Below the pieces are notes generated by a model, which was not told the origin of the DNA, made no database searches, and saw nothing but the letters and a program-made list of their open reading frames with translations. Positions 1 through 10,033 of a stretch of 64,000 nucleotides of DNA are shown here, one piece after another. Within the stretch, counting starts at the first letter, position 1. Each line of letters opens with the position of its first letter. The stretch spans positions 811,655-875,654 of the forward strand of contig CAXXWX010000026.1 of the NCBI GenBank assembly GCA_963675745.2, in the 5' to 3' direction. The translations under genes were made by a program, and so were the position numbers. Origin of the DNA: Phycisphaerae bacterium. Its GTDB lineage: Bacteria; Planctomycetota; Phycisphaerae; UBA1845; Fen-1342.

Positions 1-124
1 CCTCGTCTGTCGGCGGCTCCTGACACCACTTGTAAACCAGGGCTGTGCTCAGGTTCAGCTTTGCCGCCAACGCCTTGACGCCGATCTTGTCGGCGGCATC
101 CCGCAGTATGTCCCAAGAGTTCAC
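1..124 (-). CDS. N-terminal part (window edge) of an HTH protein, phage CII-like regulatory family
   Basis: Manual translation from GTG at 124: MNSWDILRDAADKIGVKALAAKLNLSTALVYKWCQEPPTDE..., an HTH-like pattern. Not in the ORF track because it is truncated. Confidence 0.6.
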   Translation of the reverse strand, partial: MNSWDILRDAADKIGVKALAAKLNLSTALVYKWCQEPPTDE

Positions 125-411
125 GTGGCACCTTCCGCAATCCGACCTGTGTGGCTGGCGCGGCGGTCCGGCCGCCCGGCAGCCACAACCTCGATGTGCG
201 CCGGATATTCTGCGGGCACGCCATCGCCGCGTCAACGCGAGCCCACGCACGTCGCCGGACCCCGCCTCTTCGCGATCCGAATCCTGCCGCCGCCCGCTTT
301 CGCACATATACTCACTGGTAAGAATCGAGTGATTCGAGGACCGCAATGACACCGGGGCCCGCGTCGGGCGCAAGCGGACAACGGCCCCATCTTAGATCGA
401 GGAGACCACCA

Positions 412-1029
412 ATGGCCTATGAGCTTCCGCCCTTGCCGTATAAGCACGAGGCGCTCGAGCCGCACATCGACGCCCTGACGATGCAGATCCACCACGGCAA
501 GCACCATCAGGCATACGTCAGCAAGACCAACGCCGCCCTCGAGGGGCACGCCGACCTGGCATCCAAGTCCATCATCGAGTTGCTGCGCGACATACAGAGT
601 GCGCCGGACAACATACGCCAGGCACTGATCAACAACGGCGGTGGACATGCCAACCATACGTTGTTCTGGCAGATCATGGGGCCGGCCAACGGCGGGCAGC
701 CTTCCGGTGTGCTGGCCGATGCCATTGCCAGCACATTCGGAAGTCTTGACAAATTCAAAGAGCTCTTCGGCAACAACGCCGCGAGCAGATTCGGCAGCGG
801 GTGGTCATGGCTGGTGTTGGATGGCGACGGCAAACTCCAGGCCTATTCAACCGCCAACCAGGATTCCCCTTACATGCAGAGCCATACTCCCATCCTGGCC
901 CTCGACATCTGGGAGCACGCCTATTACCTCAAGTACCAGAACCGCAGGCCGGACTACATCGCGGCCTGGTGGAACGTCGTGAACTGGGACAAGGTGGCGG
1001 AGCTGCTGCAGACAGGCCTGCGCGGATAG
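412..1029 (+). CDS. sodA: Superoxide dismutase, Mn/Fe family (likely Mn type)
   Basis: [10 protein letters not shown] start after GGAG RBS; motifs [31 protein letters not shown]. Confidence 0.95.
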   Translation: MAYELPPLPYKHEALEPHIDALTMQIHHGKHHQAYVSKTNAALEGHADLASKSIIELLRDIQSAPDNIRQALINNGGGHANHTLFWQIMGPANGGQPSGVLADAIASTFGSLDKFKELFGNNAASRFGSGWSWLVLDGDGKLQAYSTANQDSPYMQSHTPILALDIWEHAYYLKYQNRRPDYIAAWWNVVNWDKVAELLQTGLRG

Positions 1030-1161
1030 CGCAGGTCGATCCACGCGCTGGCAATCTGCGCATCGACAGCAGCGTGCCGGCGCAACGACTGTGCGCCGGC
1101 GGCCTGCGAGGCGCAGGCCGTTACGGCGCTGGTGCGCCAAACGACGGCGATAAAGAAGATG

Positions 1162-3297
1162 CTAATTCTCTGATCGTCCGGGTTGTGTTTCCGCGCTGGC
1201 GGCGGCGGGCATCGTCGTTGCCGGCGTCAGATCGAACAGCGGCGTGTCGCTCTGCCGGAGCTCCACCGTCAGGAATCCACGCGGGCCACCCTTGCCGGGC
1301 AGATCGTCGCTGTAGACGACGCGCTGCACGAGCTTGCCGATGGCGATCCAGCGCCGCAGGATTGCGATTGGATCGACAAACGGCAGCGGGATGCGTTTGA
1401 TCACGCGGTCGCCGTCGTGTTCGATGATCAGATCGATCCAGCGGGCATGGGGACGCATTTTCAACGCGCGTTGCATTTCGCGAATCGGGTGCTCGGTAGC
1501 GAAGAACGCCTGGTCGTGCCCGATGATCCGGTCGCCCGGCTCAAGCAGGCCGCTGGCCGGCACATTGGTGCCCACACTGACGATCCGCAGCCGGTTCTGC
1601 TCCGGCTCTTCGGCGACATCGATGCCGAGGCGGAGCTGCGTGCCGCTGGGTTGATGCGAACGCCACCAGGCTTCGTCAACCACCTTCGGCGCCACGCGCT
1701 CCAGATGCCGCAGCCACATGGCCCCCAGATCGGCGGCGGGCCCGGCCTGGAACACGGCCAGGCTGTCGCTGGCGGCGTTTGGCGGCCGTTTGCTCAGCTT
1801 AAACACCTCCGCCAGTTGCGGCGCGTCGCCATGGCGGCTTTCGAGAATGCGCGCCAGCCACTCGGCATGCGTCGCCACGATCAGCACGTTGCCGTCCAGC
1901 GCCCAACAGATTTGCATTTCGGCAATCGAACCGCCGGTCATCGCCGCGATCGGCGCGCTGATGTCCCACTGGGCCACATCCACACCCGCGACAGACATCT
2001 CTTCGATCGGTGGCACGGTGGGCAAACCGCGCTGAAGCGCCATCAGCGCGTAGAGTGACGCCGACGTCATGACCAGGTCGGTAACCGCCGAATGGGCGGC
2101 GGGGGCGTCGTCGGCGGTAAGTAACAAGGCCACGGCCGGCGCGGGCGGCGCATCCGCGTTGGACCGCTGATGCACGAAACCCAGGGCCACGCCCGTCGGC
2201 GACGCCAGGATCTTCTCGAGCCACACACCCGTCTGTTGGTGCAGCGTCAGAGCCACTCGCGCCATATGCTGTCGCGGCAGAGCCTCAACAGCCGCACGCA
2301 ACGCCGCGTAGTCCACGTGCCCCCCCCACGCGGCCAATGTCTGGCGCGGCAGCGTCTGGATCAAACGCGTCAAATGCGCCGATCGCGGCGCGCCGTGGTT
2401 GTCCGCATCGCCGACGGCGCTGAAGTGCAACAATCGCCCCTCGCGATGCAGCGCCAGCAAAACGTGTGAGGCGCCGCGCAGCGGGCCGGGCAGATTCGGC
2501 AGAACCGGCGATAACCGAGGGACGCTGGCGCGTGTCGTTGGTTGTGTCGACGATTGAGTCGATGGCGCGCTGGTCGGCGGCAGTAGCACGGGGCGGCGCG
2601 CCGCTCCCATGCGCGCGAAAAGCAGCCCGTCAGGATCAGGTGGCACGCGCTGCAACAGCTCGCGCAGCGTCACGTCGTCCGCCAGGCTCGCCGGCGGGTC
2701 TGGTCCAACCAGCGCCAGCGCGCGCCTGAACATGCCGTCGTGCAACCCGGCGTCACCGAATATGAGCGTACCGTCGTGTGACGCCATGCCTACGTTTGTT
2801 CCAAGACGATACGCCGGCACCGGCATTTGATCCGAGGTTTCGCCGGTGATCAGCTTGGCATTCCAGCGCTTCAGGAACTCTGAGCAACTGTCTTCCGTCG
2901 CCGGTCGGCACAAAACGACGGCGTCCTGGCTGCGCAGCGGCCCTTCGCCGACGAAAGCCACACCACCGACGAACAGCGTGCGAATGGCCTCCGCCGGGTC
3001 CATGTCGAGAGTGGCCCGGATGTGCTCACGCCACGAGACGGCGTCCTCCACGCCGGCCGGCTGTCCGGCAACCTCGGCCAGCGCGCTCCAGAGTTGCGGC
3101 TCAGTCAGCGCGATCAGCAGGTCTTCACAACGCCGAATCTCGACGAACAACCCGGTATCGGCCGGTGCGTAACGCGCCAGCGACGCGTCCGGCGGCGCGT
3201 CGGTTGCGGCCGCTCCCGGTAACACACACGCCAGGATCAGCAGGGGAATAGTCTGCGTGCGGCTTTTGGTCCGCAAGAGAGGGTATCTCGCAGGCAA
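1162..3297 (-). CDS. Secreted protein with a C-terminal-region PDZ-like domain
   Basis: Signal-peptide-like N-terminus; PDZ-like segment LGIDV...LRIVSVGTNVPASGLLEPGDRII; starts 2 nt after the anti-sigma stop codon. Confidence 0.6.
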   Translation of the reverse strand: MPARYPLLRTKSRTQTIPLLILACVLPGAAATDAPPDASLARYAPADTGLFVEIRRCEDLLIALTEPQLWSALAEVAGQPAGVEDAVSWREHIRATLDMDPAEAIRTLFVGGVAFVGEGPLRSQDAVVLCRPATEDSCSEFLKRWNAKLITGETSDQMPVPAYRLGTNVGMASHDGTLIFGDAGLHDGMFRRALALVGPDPPASLADDVTLRELLQRVPPDPDGLLFARMGAARRPVLLPPTSAPSTQSSTQPTTRASVPRLSPVLPNLPGPLRGASHVLLALHREGRLLHFSAVGDADNHGAPRSAHLTRLIQTLPRQTLAAWGGHVDYAALRAAVEALPRQHMARVALTLHQQTGVWLEKILASPTGVALGFVHQRSNADAPPAPAVALLLTADDAPAAHSAVTDLVMTSASLYALMALQRGLPTVPPIEEMSVAGVDVAQWDISAPIAAMTGGSIAEMQICWALDGNVLIVATHAEWLARILESRHGDAPQLAEVFKLSKRPPNAASDSLAVFQAGPAADLGAMWLRHLERVAPKVVDEAWWRSHQPSGTQLRLGIDVAEEPEQNRLRIVSVGTNVPASGLLEPGDRIIGHDQAFFATEHPIREMQRALKMRPHARWIDLIIEHDGDRVIKRIPLPFVDPIAILRRWIAIGKLVQRVVYSDDLPGKGGPRGFLTVELRQSDTPLFDLTPATTMPAAASAETQPGRSEN

Positions 3298-3299
3298 GA

Positions 3300-3998
3300 T
3301 CAGAGCGAATAAACGTCATCCGTCGAATCGATCGGCGTTTGGTCCGGTTCGACAACGGCGGGTTGGGGGAACATGGAATTCAGAATACCGGTGGCCGGGG
3401 CGAACATCGAGAAATTAACGGTGTTCTCGACATCCTCCGGCAGCATGATGTTCAGGTAGCGCACGGTGCCCCAGGTCTCATCAGAAATCGCCCGGCCGCT
3501 GGCGCGTGCCCACCTGATCTTGGCCTCCACGTTTTCCGCGATGGCCTCGAACACCTCGACGTCATCCAGGTTTTTCTCGGCCGCCAGTGTCAGAGGCTGA
3601 GCGGGCTGGTTAACCGCGACATCCGGCGCGTCGAGCGCGGCGGGGCCGACTTCGGTGCTTCCGGGCCGCAGCACGATCGCGAAGAAGAGCACCGCCGCCG
3701 CCTGGAGCATCATCGCCGTGGCAAACGCGACGCGAATGGAGAGCGTCCGCCGGCTCAACGGCTGTCGCCGCTCCACCTTGGCGACGACGCGATCGGTGAA
3801 ATCCTCGGAGAGTCTGGGGATGTCGCCATCGGAAGCAATCGAGTGCTCGATGGCCTCCAGCACGGCCAGCCGCTGCTGGCAACGTTGGCACCGCAGCCGA
3901 TGAGCGTCGACTTCGAGTCGCAGTGCACCGTTTAGCGTCCGATCCAGATACGCGTCTTGCAGTTGTCTGAATTGCTTGCACGTCATGGTGTCACTCAC
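3300..3998 (-). CDS. Zinc-finger (ZAS/zf-HC2) transmembrane anti-sigma factor
   Basis: C...YLD..L...HRLRCQRC (HxxxCxxC), one TM helix, 4-nt overlap with the ECF sigma gene. Confidence 0.88.
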   Translation of the reverse strand: MSDTMTCKQFRQLQDAYLDRTLNGALRLEVDAHRLRCQRCQQRLAVLEAIEHSIASDGDIPRLSEDFTDRVVAKVERRQPLSRRTLSIRVAFATAMMLQAAAVLFFAIVLRPGSTEVGPAALDAPDVAVNQPAQPLTLAAEKNLDDVEVFEAIAENVEAKIRWARASGRAISDETWGTVRYLNIMLPEDVENTVNFSMFAPATGILNSMFPQPAVVEPDQTPIDSTDDVYSL

Positions 3999-4627
3999 GC
4001 GTAGTGCGAGTCTGAAAGAAAGCGGATAGCCATCCAGTCATCCACCAGTTCAGACTGCAACCGCGCTCCCAGCTTCTCGCGGGCTCGATGCAGATGGCTC
4101 TTTACCGTAACCGCGGGAATATCGAGAGCTTGACCGATCTCCTGACAACTCTGCCCTTCACGATAGAACAACGTAACACACGCCTTTTGCGGCGTCGTCA
4201 ACTGGTCAACCGCCGACCAGATCACCTCGCGCAGCCGACGAGCTTCTTCGCTGTTGGCGACGGATTCGGAAACCTCATCGCCGCCGGCGTCGATCCGCGA
4301 GTAATCAACATCCGCCGCGATCGGCCGTCGTTTGCGCAGATGGTTGAGGCACAGCCGGTAGCCGATCGTGAACAGCCACGTGCTGAAGGCATACTTGTTC
4401 GAGTAGCTCTCCAGCGATTCAAAAGCCCGCACGAATGCGGATTGGCACAAATCCTCGGCCTCGTGGTGGTTTCGGATCATCCGCCAGATGAACGCGAACA
4501 GCCGATCCTTGTACAAATCCACGAGCGCACGGAAGGCGTCAGCGCTGCCGCGCTTTGCGCGTTCTATTAAACGCTGCTCTTCCTCGCGAGGCATTTGGCT
4601 CACCCGGTTAATGGGCTCGCGAACCAT
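3995..4627 (-). CDS. ECF RNA polymerase sigma factor (sigma-24/SigW-like)
   Basis: AEDLCQSAFVRA, FSTWLFTIGYRLCLNHLRK, region 4 SCQEIGQALDIPAVTVKSHLHRAR. Confidence 0.92.
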   Translation of the reverse strand: MVREPINRVSQMPREEEQRLIERAKRGSADAFRALVDLYKDRLFAFIWRMIRNHHEAEDLCQSAFVRAFESLESYSNKYAFSTWLFTIGYRLCLNHLRKRRPIAADVDYSRIDAGGDEVSESVANSEEARRLREVIWSAVDQLTTPQKACVTLFYREGQSCQEIGQALDIPAVTVKSHLHRAREKLGARLQSELVDDWMAIRFLSDSHYA

Positions 4628-4665
4628 CGTCCGTCATCATCTTTTACCACCCGCGCGGGGTGGAG

Positions 4666-4693
4666 TTGCAGCAAACCGTTGCCACGTTACAAT
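4666..4693 (+). promoter_or_regulatory. Putative sigma70 promoter of smpB
   Basis: TTGCAG-N16-TACAAT ending 11 nt before the ATG at 4705. Confidence 0.5.
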
Positions 4694-4704
4694 CTATACG
4701 GCTC

Positions 4705-5172
4705 ATGGCGAAAGGTCCACCAGCAACCCCGACGATTCAAAACAAGAAAGCCCGCTTCAACTTCGAGATTATCGAGAAGCTGGAGGCGGGAATAGCGCTA
4801 ACTGGTAGTGAAGTCAAGAGTTTGCGCAACGGGAAGGCCTCGCTTGACGAAGCGTTCGCCGTCATCCGTGGCAGCGAGGTTTTTCTGCGCGATTGCAACA
4901 TATCTCCTTATGCACAGGCCGGTTATGCACAGCATGTCCCAACGCGCGAGCGCAAGCTGCTGCTCCACCGACGAGAGATCGAACGCTGGCAGAAAAAGGT
5001 GACCCAGCGCGGACTGACGCTGGTGCCCCTACGCATTTACTTCAGTGAGCGCGGATTGGCGAAGATCACGATTGCTCTCGGACGTGGGAAGACGCACGCG
5101 GACAAACGCTCGGACCTTAAAACGCGCGAACACAGACGTGAAATGGACCGCGCCATGCGCCGTGGCCGATAA
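4705..5172 (+). CDS. smpB: SsrA-binding protein SmpB
   Basis: NKKARFNFEIIEKLEAGIALTGSEVKSLRNG, RERKLLLHRREI, GLTLVPL, GKTHADKR. Confidence 0.97.
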   Translation: MAKGPPATPTIQNKKARFNFEIIEKLEAGIALTGSEVKSLRNGKASLDEAFAVIRGSEVFLRDCNISPYAQAGYAQHVPTRERKLLLHRREIERWQKKVTQRGLTLVPLRIYFSERGLAKITIALGRGKTHADKRSDLKTREHRREMDRAMRRGR

Positions 5173-5564
5173 CACATTCACCAGAGGCCCAGACAACTCG
5201 CGTCGCACGGCTGGACCAATAAACCAGAGCCAAATCGCGCATAGCTTGCGCGTTTGAGGTAATTCACGCCTAATTTAATTGGGACCACAAATTGCCTATT
5301 TTAACATCGCGCGAACCAAAATTGCAAAAGAGACGGAAATGGGGGACACAGAGGGCTTCTGACCGCCCATTTTGCGGTTCACAGCACGTTTTTTACCACA
5401 TCTGGGTGAAACTACTGGGCGATAGATACCCGTAGCAAGACTAACGTGGTCGCGACAGGCCGCACGTGTGCCGTTTGGCTCTGATCTGTGTGAGAGTCGT
5501 GTGCCGACCCCAGTCACGACCACGCAAATGGGTTGGCGGATGTGCTGTTAGTGAGGTGATGAGT

Positions 5565-5765
5565 ATGTTCCCCACCATGACAATGAGTGCCACGCACGCC
5601 AGTGGCGCCCGCGCGGCGCAACAGCGCGCCGACCGGATCGACAGAATCAGGCGTGAGATTGCCGCCGGCGTCTATCTGACGCCCGAACGCATCGCGCGAG
5701 CCGTTGACGCACTGTTCGACGATCTCACATCAAAGGACAACCGAGCGCGCAGGCGTGTCGGCTGA
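5565..5765 (+). CDS. Small FlgM-like (anti-sigma-28 C-terminal domain) protein
   Basis: RADRIDRIRREIAAGVYLTPERIARAVDALFDDL resembles the FlgM C-terminus; GAGGTG RBS 6 nt before ATG 5565. Confidence 0.6.
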   Translation: MFPTMTMSATHASGARAAQQRADRIDRIRREIAAGVYLTPERIARAVDALFDDLTSKDNRARRRVG

Positions 5766-5821
5766 CGGCGGAGACCTGGATCACTCGGCCCGTTGACACT
5801 GGGCTGGTCTGAATATCACGT

Positions 5822-5858
5822 GAGGCGGGCACGGCCATCGCACAGCCGTGCCCGCCTC
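5822..5858. terminator. Hairpin between convergent genes (probable terminator)
   Basis: Perfect 14-bp stem GAGGCGGGCACGGC / GCCGTGCCCGCCTC with a 9-nt loop; no long U tract. Confidence 0.6.
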
Positions 5859-5883
5859 TGCTCGTATGTACGGCGCAAAGCAC

Positions 5884-8448
5884 TCAGAAGCGGCGCCGGC
5901 GTTGTGAGCTCAACCCGGCCAAGCCGATCAGCGTCGCGCTGACCGCGAATCCCGAGCCAAAGCCGCACGGCGTAACCAGGGGTGGCGCGACCATCGGGTC
6001 CGGCATCTCCGGCAAGTTCGGCTCAACCTCATACCACGGTTCCGGTTCGGGGGCCGGCTGAGGGCCGGGATCCAAAGGCCCGTCTAATACTGGCGTCGGC
6101 TCGAGCACCGGCGCCGGCGCCGGCGTCGGCACCGGGTCGGCGATCGGCTCCGGAGACGGGGCCGGCGTCGACGGCGTCGGCTGCGGGCTCGGGGGAGTCC
6201 AGGGATCGGTGACCGGGGCGGGCTCAGGCGTCGGAGCGGGCGCCGGCGCAGGAGCAGGCTGCGGCTCTGGCTGGGGCTCGGGTGCCGGTTCGGGCTCGGG
6301 AGCTGGTTGAGGCGCCGGCTCAGGCTCGGGTTCCGGCTCGGGCTCGGGATCGGGCTCAGGGGATGGATCGGGCTGGTCTTCGGGCGGCTCCGGGGAAGCC
6401 TCGAATGCGATCGTCAGGGTATACGGACTGCCAGCGTCGTCGTGTGGCAACGCCACGATGTAGCACGTGCCGGCCTCGACGTGCACGCTGACATGCTCAT
6501 CTGAGGTGTGCTCGGTAGCGGACAATCCGATGCGTATGCGATCCTGGTCAAGCAGGGCCAGGTTCAAATCGCCGTCCGGGCCGGTGATCGAGACACTGAG
6601 CTCGCCGGCCTCGTCGAGTGCCAAGGCAAAGCAGTCGGCGTCCCAACCCTTGAGCTCATACTCGCCGAGCTCGATCGGGCTGGCCTCATTGACGGTGTCA
6701 TTCTCCTCGTAGTCGTCGTCAGCCAGCGGATCGTCGTCCTCCTCGCCATCCAGCGACAACGTCAACGTGTACGAGCCCGTCTGGGAGTTGTACGGCAAGA
6801 CGGCGATGTAGGCCCCGGTCGCGGGGATATCGGCCTCGACTGACTCCTCCGAGCCGACCTCCTCCGAGCGGGCCAGGATAGTCTCCTGGTCTGCGTCGAT
6901 CAGGTAGAGATCAAGGTCGCCGGCGGGGCCGGATATTTCCACGCTGGCGTGCACGCCGCCAGTTGCGATCCAGAACACGTCGTTGTCCAGCCCCTGCAAC
7001 TCGTATGAGCCGGGCGCGAGGATGGCGGCCTGGGCATAGGTGTCGTTCTCCTCAAAGTCATCGTCGGCCCCGGGGACCTCGGGGTCCGACGCCTCACCGT
7101 CTTCGGTAAGCGCCCGCAGTGCGTTAACACGCCCATAGCCGGTCAGCGTGTCATAGCCGGCGCCGTACAGGTCATCGGCCGTGCCATTGAGCCGCGCACG
7201 CACCTGGACGGCGGACATCTCCGGGAAGGCTGACCGTACCAGCGCCGCGACGCCCGCCGCATACGGACTGGCCATCGAAGTCCCGTCGTAGGTGTCATAG
7301 CCGCCCGGCACGGTGCTCACGATTTGCACGCCGGGTGCAACCAGATCGATGCCTGACCCGGTGTTGCTGAAGTCCGCCAGCATGTCGTTTTCGTCGCTGG
7401 CACCGACGGCCATCACACTGTCGTACGCGGCCGGGTAGTTGAGCTGGTTCATACCGTCGTTGCCGGTCGCGGCGATGACCAGCACGTCCGCCTCGGCGGC
7501 GCGCGTGCAGGCTTCGGCAAGCGCCTGGCTATAGCCCTGAAAGCCCAAGCTCATGTTGATGATGCGCGCCCCGTTGGCAACCGCATAGTCAACAGCGGAT
7601 ATAGCGGCGGATATCGGTCCATTACCTTCCGCGTCAAGAACCTTCAACGGCATGATGCGCACGTCGGCCGTACCGGCGATGCCGCAGCCATTGCCCCGAA
7701 CGGCGGCGATGATGCCGGCGACATGCGAGCCGTGGCCGCAGTCGTCGCCCGGGTTGTTGTGGCCTTGAGGGTATTGGGCGGAGGTGATGAAGTTCCATCC
7801 AACAAGATCGTCCACGAATCCGTTGTTGTCATTGTCGATGCCGTCCAGCTCGTCGCCGACGTCCTCAGCGGCGTTGATCCACAGTTGCGGGTAAAGGTCT
7901 TCGTGGCCCAGCGCCACGCCGCTATCAATGACAGCCACGATCAGCTGGCCGTCGCCGGCATGAATCTCCCAGGCCTCGGGCGCGGAAATGATATCCAGGG
8001 CGTACTGCTCCCCGGCCCGCGGATCGCCGGTGGTAGCCTGGGCATGTGCCTCGCCGGCGTCTGTGGCATGGGCGATGAAGTCAGGCTCGACGGCCAGCAC
8101 GGCGCGCTCACCGGCAAGCGCGGCGATCGCACTAGTAACGCTGACACCCTCTTTCAACTCTGCTGAGAACCAGGCCGACCCGACGAATCCTCGCTGCGGC
8201 CCGCGCGCCAGCGCCGAAACGGCGCGCATCGTCTGCACGCCGTCCAAAGCCAATTGGCCGGAGGAAGCGGCGGCCACATTCTGTTCCTGAACTTTGACGA
8301 GAACGCGCCCGGGAACGTAGGACCGTCCAGCGGGCCGTTCCTTTGCGACGGTCACGTTCGAGGCGATGCAGGCGGCGATCAGCATCGCAGCAAGGCGAAA
8401 CCGGCGGGCATGGTGCAGACGGCCTTCTGAGTGGCGGTACGCGCTCAT
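5884..8448 (-). CDS. Secreted S8 (subtilisin-like) serine protease with PPC-like domains, Pro-rich linker and C-terminal membrane anchor
   Basis: Catalytic [19 protein letters not shown]; two DDDxEENDT/GDLDLYL PPC-like modules; PEPEP linker; AGGAG RBS before ATG 8448. Confidence 0.92.
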   Translation of the reverse strand: MSAYRHSEGRLHHARRFRLAAMLIAACIASNVTVAKERPAGRSYVPGRVLVKVQEQNVAAASSGQLALDGVQTMRAVSALARGPQRGFVGSAWFSAELKEGVSVTSAIAALAGERAVLAVEPDFIAHATDAGEAHAQATTGDPRAGEQYALDIISAPEAWEIHAGDGQLIVAVIDSGVALGHEDLYPQLWINAAEDVGDELDGIDNDNNGFVDDLVGWNFITSAQYPQGHNNPGDDCGHGSHVAGIIAAVRGNGCGIAGTADVRIMPLKVLDAEGNGPISAAISAVDYAVANGARIINMSLGFQGYSQALAEACTRAAEADVLVIAATGNDGMNQLNYPAAYDSVMAVGASDENDMLADFSNTGSGIDLVAPGVQIVSTVPGGYDTYDGTSMASPYAAGVAALVRSAFPEMSAVQVRARLNGTADDLYGAGYDTLTGYGRVNALRALTEDGEASDPEVPGADDDFEENDTYAQAAILAPGSYELQGLDNDVFWIATGGVHASVEISGPAGDLDLYLIDADQETILARSEEVGSEESVEADIPATGAYIAVLPYNSQTGSYTLTLSLDGEEDDDPLADDDYEENDTVNEASPIELGEYELKGWDADCFALALDEAGELSVSITGPDGDLNLALLDQDRIRIGLSATEHTSDEHVSVHVEAGTCYIVALPHDDAGSPYTLTIAFEASPEPPEDQPDPSPEPDPEPEPEPEPEPAPQPAPEPEPAPEPQPEPQPAPAPAPAPTPEPAPVTDPWTPPSPQPTPSTPAPSPEPIADPVPTPAPAPVLEPTPVLDGPLDPGPQPAPEPEPWYEVEPNLPEMPDPMVAPPLVTPCGFGSGFAVSATLIGLAGLSSQRRRRF
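5971..6400 (-). repeat. Low-complexity Pro-Glu/Pro-Ala coding repeat (linker of the S8 protease)
   Basis: [27 protein letters not shown]...; boundaries approximate. Confidence 0.8.
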
Positions 8449-8640
8449 GGGAGAACTCCTGTGCAGTAGTGTTTCGGCTGATTGGCACACCCCGTGTGCG
8501 TCGCTGGTGGGAGTACCCCGTTGGCGCGAAAATCTGCCGCGGCAGTTTTCGTTTTTATCTTGCGGTCGGGACTGGCGCGTGTGCGGCGCTGCCGGGCGTG
8601 GCGCGATCAGGTATGATGGGGGTCAGAGGTCACGTGGGGC

Positions 8641-9216
8641 ATGCGCGAAACCAGGGCCAGCCTGTTGTTGCGAATCCGCAACCGCCGCGATTCGGTGGCC
8701 TGGGGCCAGTTCGATGCGATCTACCGGCCGCTGTTGCATCGTTTCGCGCTGGCGCGTGGATTGGATGACTCAGAGGCCGAGGACGTCGTACAGCATTGCA
8801 TGATGGCGCTCACGCGTCACATCGACGGCTTTGACTATGACCCGAGCAAGGGGCGTTTTAAGGGGTGGTTGTGTACGCTGGCGATGAACCGTATCCGCAA
8901 CCTTCACAGCCGCCGCCGTGAGCAGCCCGCCGCTTCGCAGGATCTGAAGCGCGACCAGCAACGCGAGGACTCGCCCGAGGAGCAATTCGAGCAGGTTTGG
9001 CTGGACGAGCACCTGCGCCACTGTCTGGAGCAGGTCAAGGAAGAGGTCGAGCCGACGACATACGCGGCGTTTCAACAGCACGTTGTTCAACAGCGCTCGG
9101 TTGCCGAGGTCTGTGCCGCGTTTGGATTGAGCACGAACCGCCTGTACAAAATCAAGGCGCGCATGTTGGGAAAGCTGCGCGCGCGGATGAACGAATTGCT
9201 GGGGGACGACGGGTAG
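8641..9216 (+). CDS. ECF sigma factor, planctomycete type
   Basis: TRASLLLRIR, AEDVVQ, YDPSKGRFKGWL, region 4 SVAEVCAAFGLSTNRLYKIKAR. Confidence 0.88.
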   Translation: MRETRASLLLRIRNRRDSVAWGQFDAIYRPLLHRFALARGLDDSEAEDVVQHCMMALTRHIDGFDYDPSKGRFKGWLCTLAMNRIRNLHSRRREQPAASQDLKRDQQREDSPEEQFEQVWLDEHLRHCLEQVKEEVEPTTYAAFQQHVVQQRSVAEVCAAFGLSTNRLYKIKARMLGKLRARMNELLGDDG

Positions 9217-9284
9217 CCAATAGCCGGTCGACAGGCTGGTTCATCACGGAAACGGCATGTCCTGTACAACCGCGTAATCTCTTC

Positions 9285-9338
9285 TTGACATCAGTGTGTA
9301 GCTGAGGCAGACTATAATGAGTGAAGATTTACTTATTA
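9285..9338 (+). promoter_or_regulatory. TetR gene promoter with putative TetR operator
   Basis: TTGACA (9285-9290) and TATAAT (9313-9318); imperfect palindrome TAATGAGTGAA-GA-TTTACTTATTA (9315-9338). Confidence 0.6.
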
Positions 9339-9348
9339 CAGAGGTTGC

Positions 9349-9963
9349 ATGATGGCCAGGCCGGTTCAGAAGCGGCAAGACATAGAGCGGGGAGTGGTGG
9401 AGGCGGTCGCGGTGAAGGGCCTGCGCGGCACGACGATCCAGGATATCGCCGACGCCGCCGGCGTCTCGCCGGGGCTGCTTTACCGCTATTGGAAGAACCG
9501 CAATGATCTGGCTGGGGAGGTATATCGCGCACATTTATCGGACATCCTGGCACGCCTGGCCAAGTGCGCCGCGCCGCACGTGCGGACCATGGATCGGCTG
9601 CGCGCCGTCGTGCGAGAGTTCTTTCGCTTCGCCGACGAACAGCCCGTGATTCTGCGTTTCCTGCTCTTCACGCAGCACGAGCTCGGCGGGGCCGTCCCAC
9701 AGGACGAAGGTGTGCGCGCGTTCATGCGTGAGTTGATCTACGACGGCGTCCGCGACGGCAGCTTCCGCCAGATTAATCCGGAGCTCGCGCTCCAATTCGC
9801 ATTCGGCATCGTCCTCCAACCCACCATCGCCGCGATTTACGGCGACATCCCGCAACCGGTGGCGGATCACTACGACGAAATCATGTCGGCGTTGGAACGC
9901 GCGCTGCTGCCGGCGGAGGTGAACACGGCGAACGCGCGTGCGCGCGAAATCACCTCACCATAG
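9349..9963 (+). CDS. TetR/AcrR family transcriptional regulator
   Basis: KGLRGTTIQDIADAAGVSPGLLYRYWKNRNDL helix-turn-helix. Confidence 0.93.
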   Translation: MMARPVQKRQDIERGVVEAVAVKGLRGTTIQDIADAAGVSPGLLYRYWKNRNDLAGEVYRAHLSDILARLAKCAAPHVRTMDRLRAVVREFFRFADEQPVILRFLLFTQHELGGAVPQDEGVRAFMRELIYDGVRDGSFRQINPELALQFAFGIVLQPTIAAIYGDIPQPVADHYDEIMSALERALLPAEVNTANARAREITSP

Positions 9964-10033
9964 CACGACTCACACGCCGCACCCACGCTGCGTCACATGG
10001 ACCGCCGCGCCCGGCATATCTACAATGCGCGGC

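Noticed and set aside
1..124. Prophage boundary suggested by the CII-like HTH gene
   Set aside because: No other phage genes or att-like sites in the window, and the neighbour is the housekeeping gene sodA.
125..411. Riboswitch (e.g. Mn-sensing yybP-ykoY) upstream of sodA
   Set aside because: A hairpin is present near 150-188, but no conserved riboswitch motif could be recognised.
1076..1138. Three small tandem GC hairpins after sodA
   Set aside because: Plausible terminator structures between convergent genes, but short and GC-rich, with no evidence for an RNA gene.
5173..5564. Possible tmRNA (ssrA) downstream of smpB
   Set aside because: GGGGGACAC at 5341 superficially resembles a tmRNA 5' end, but I found no T-arm/CCA 3' end and no tag reading frame.
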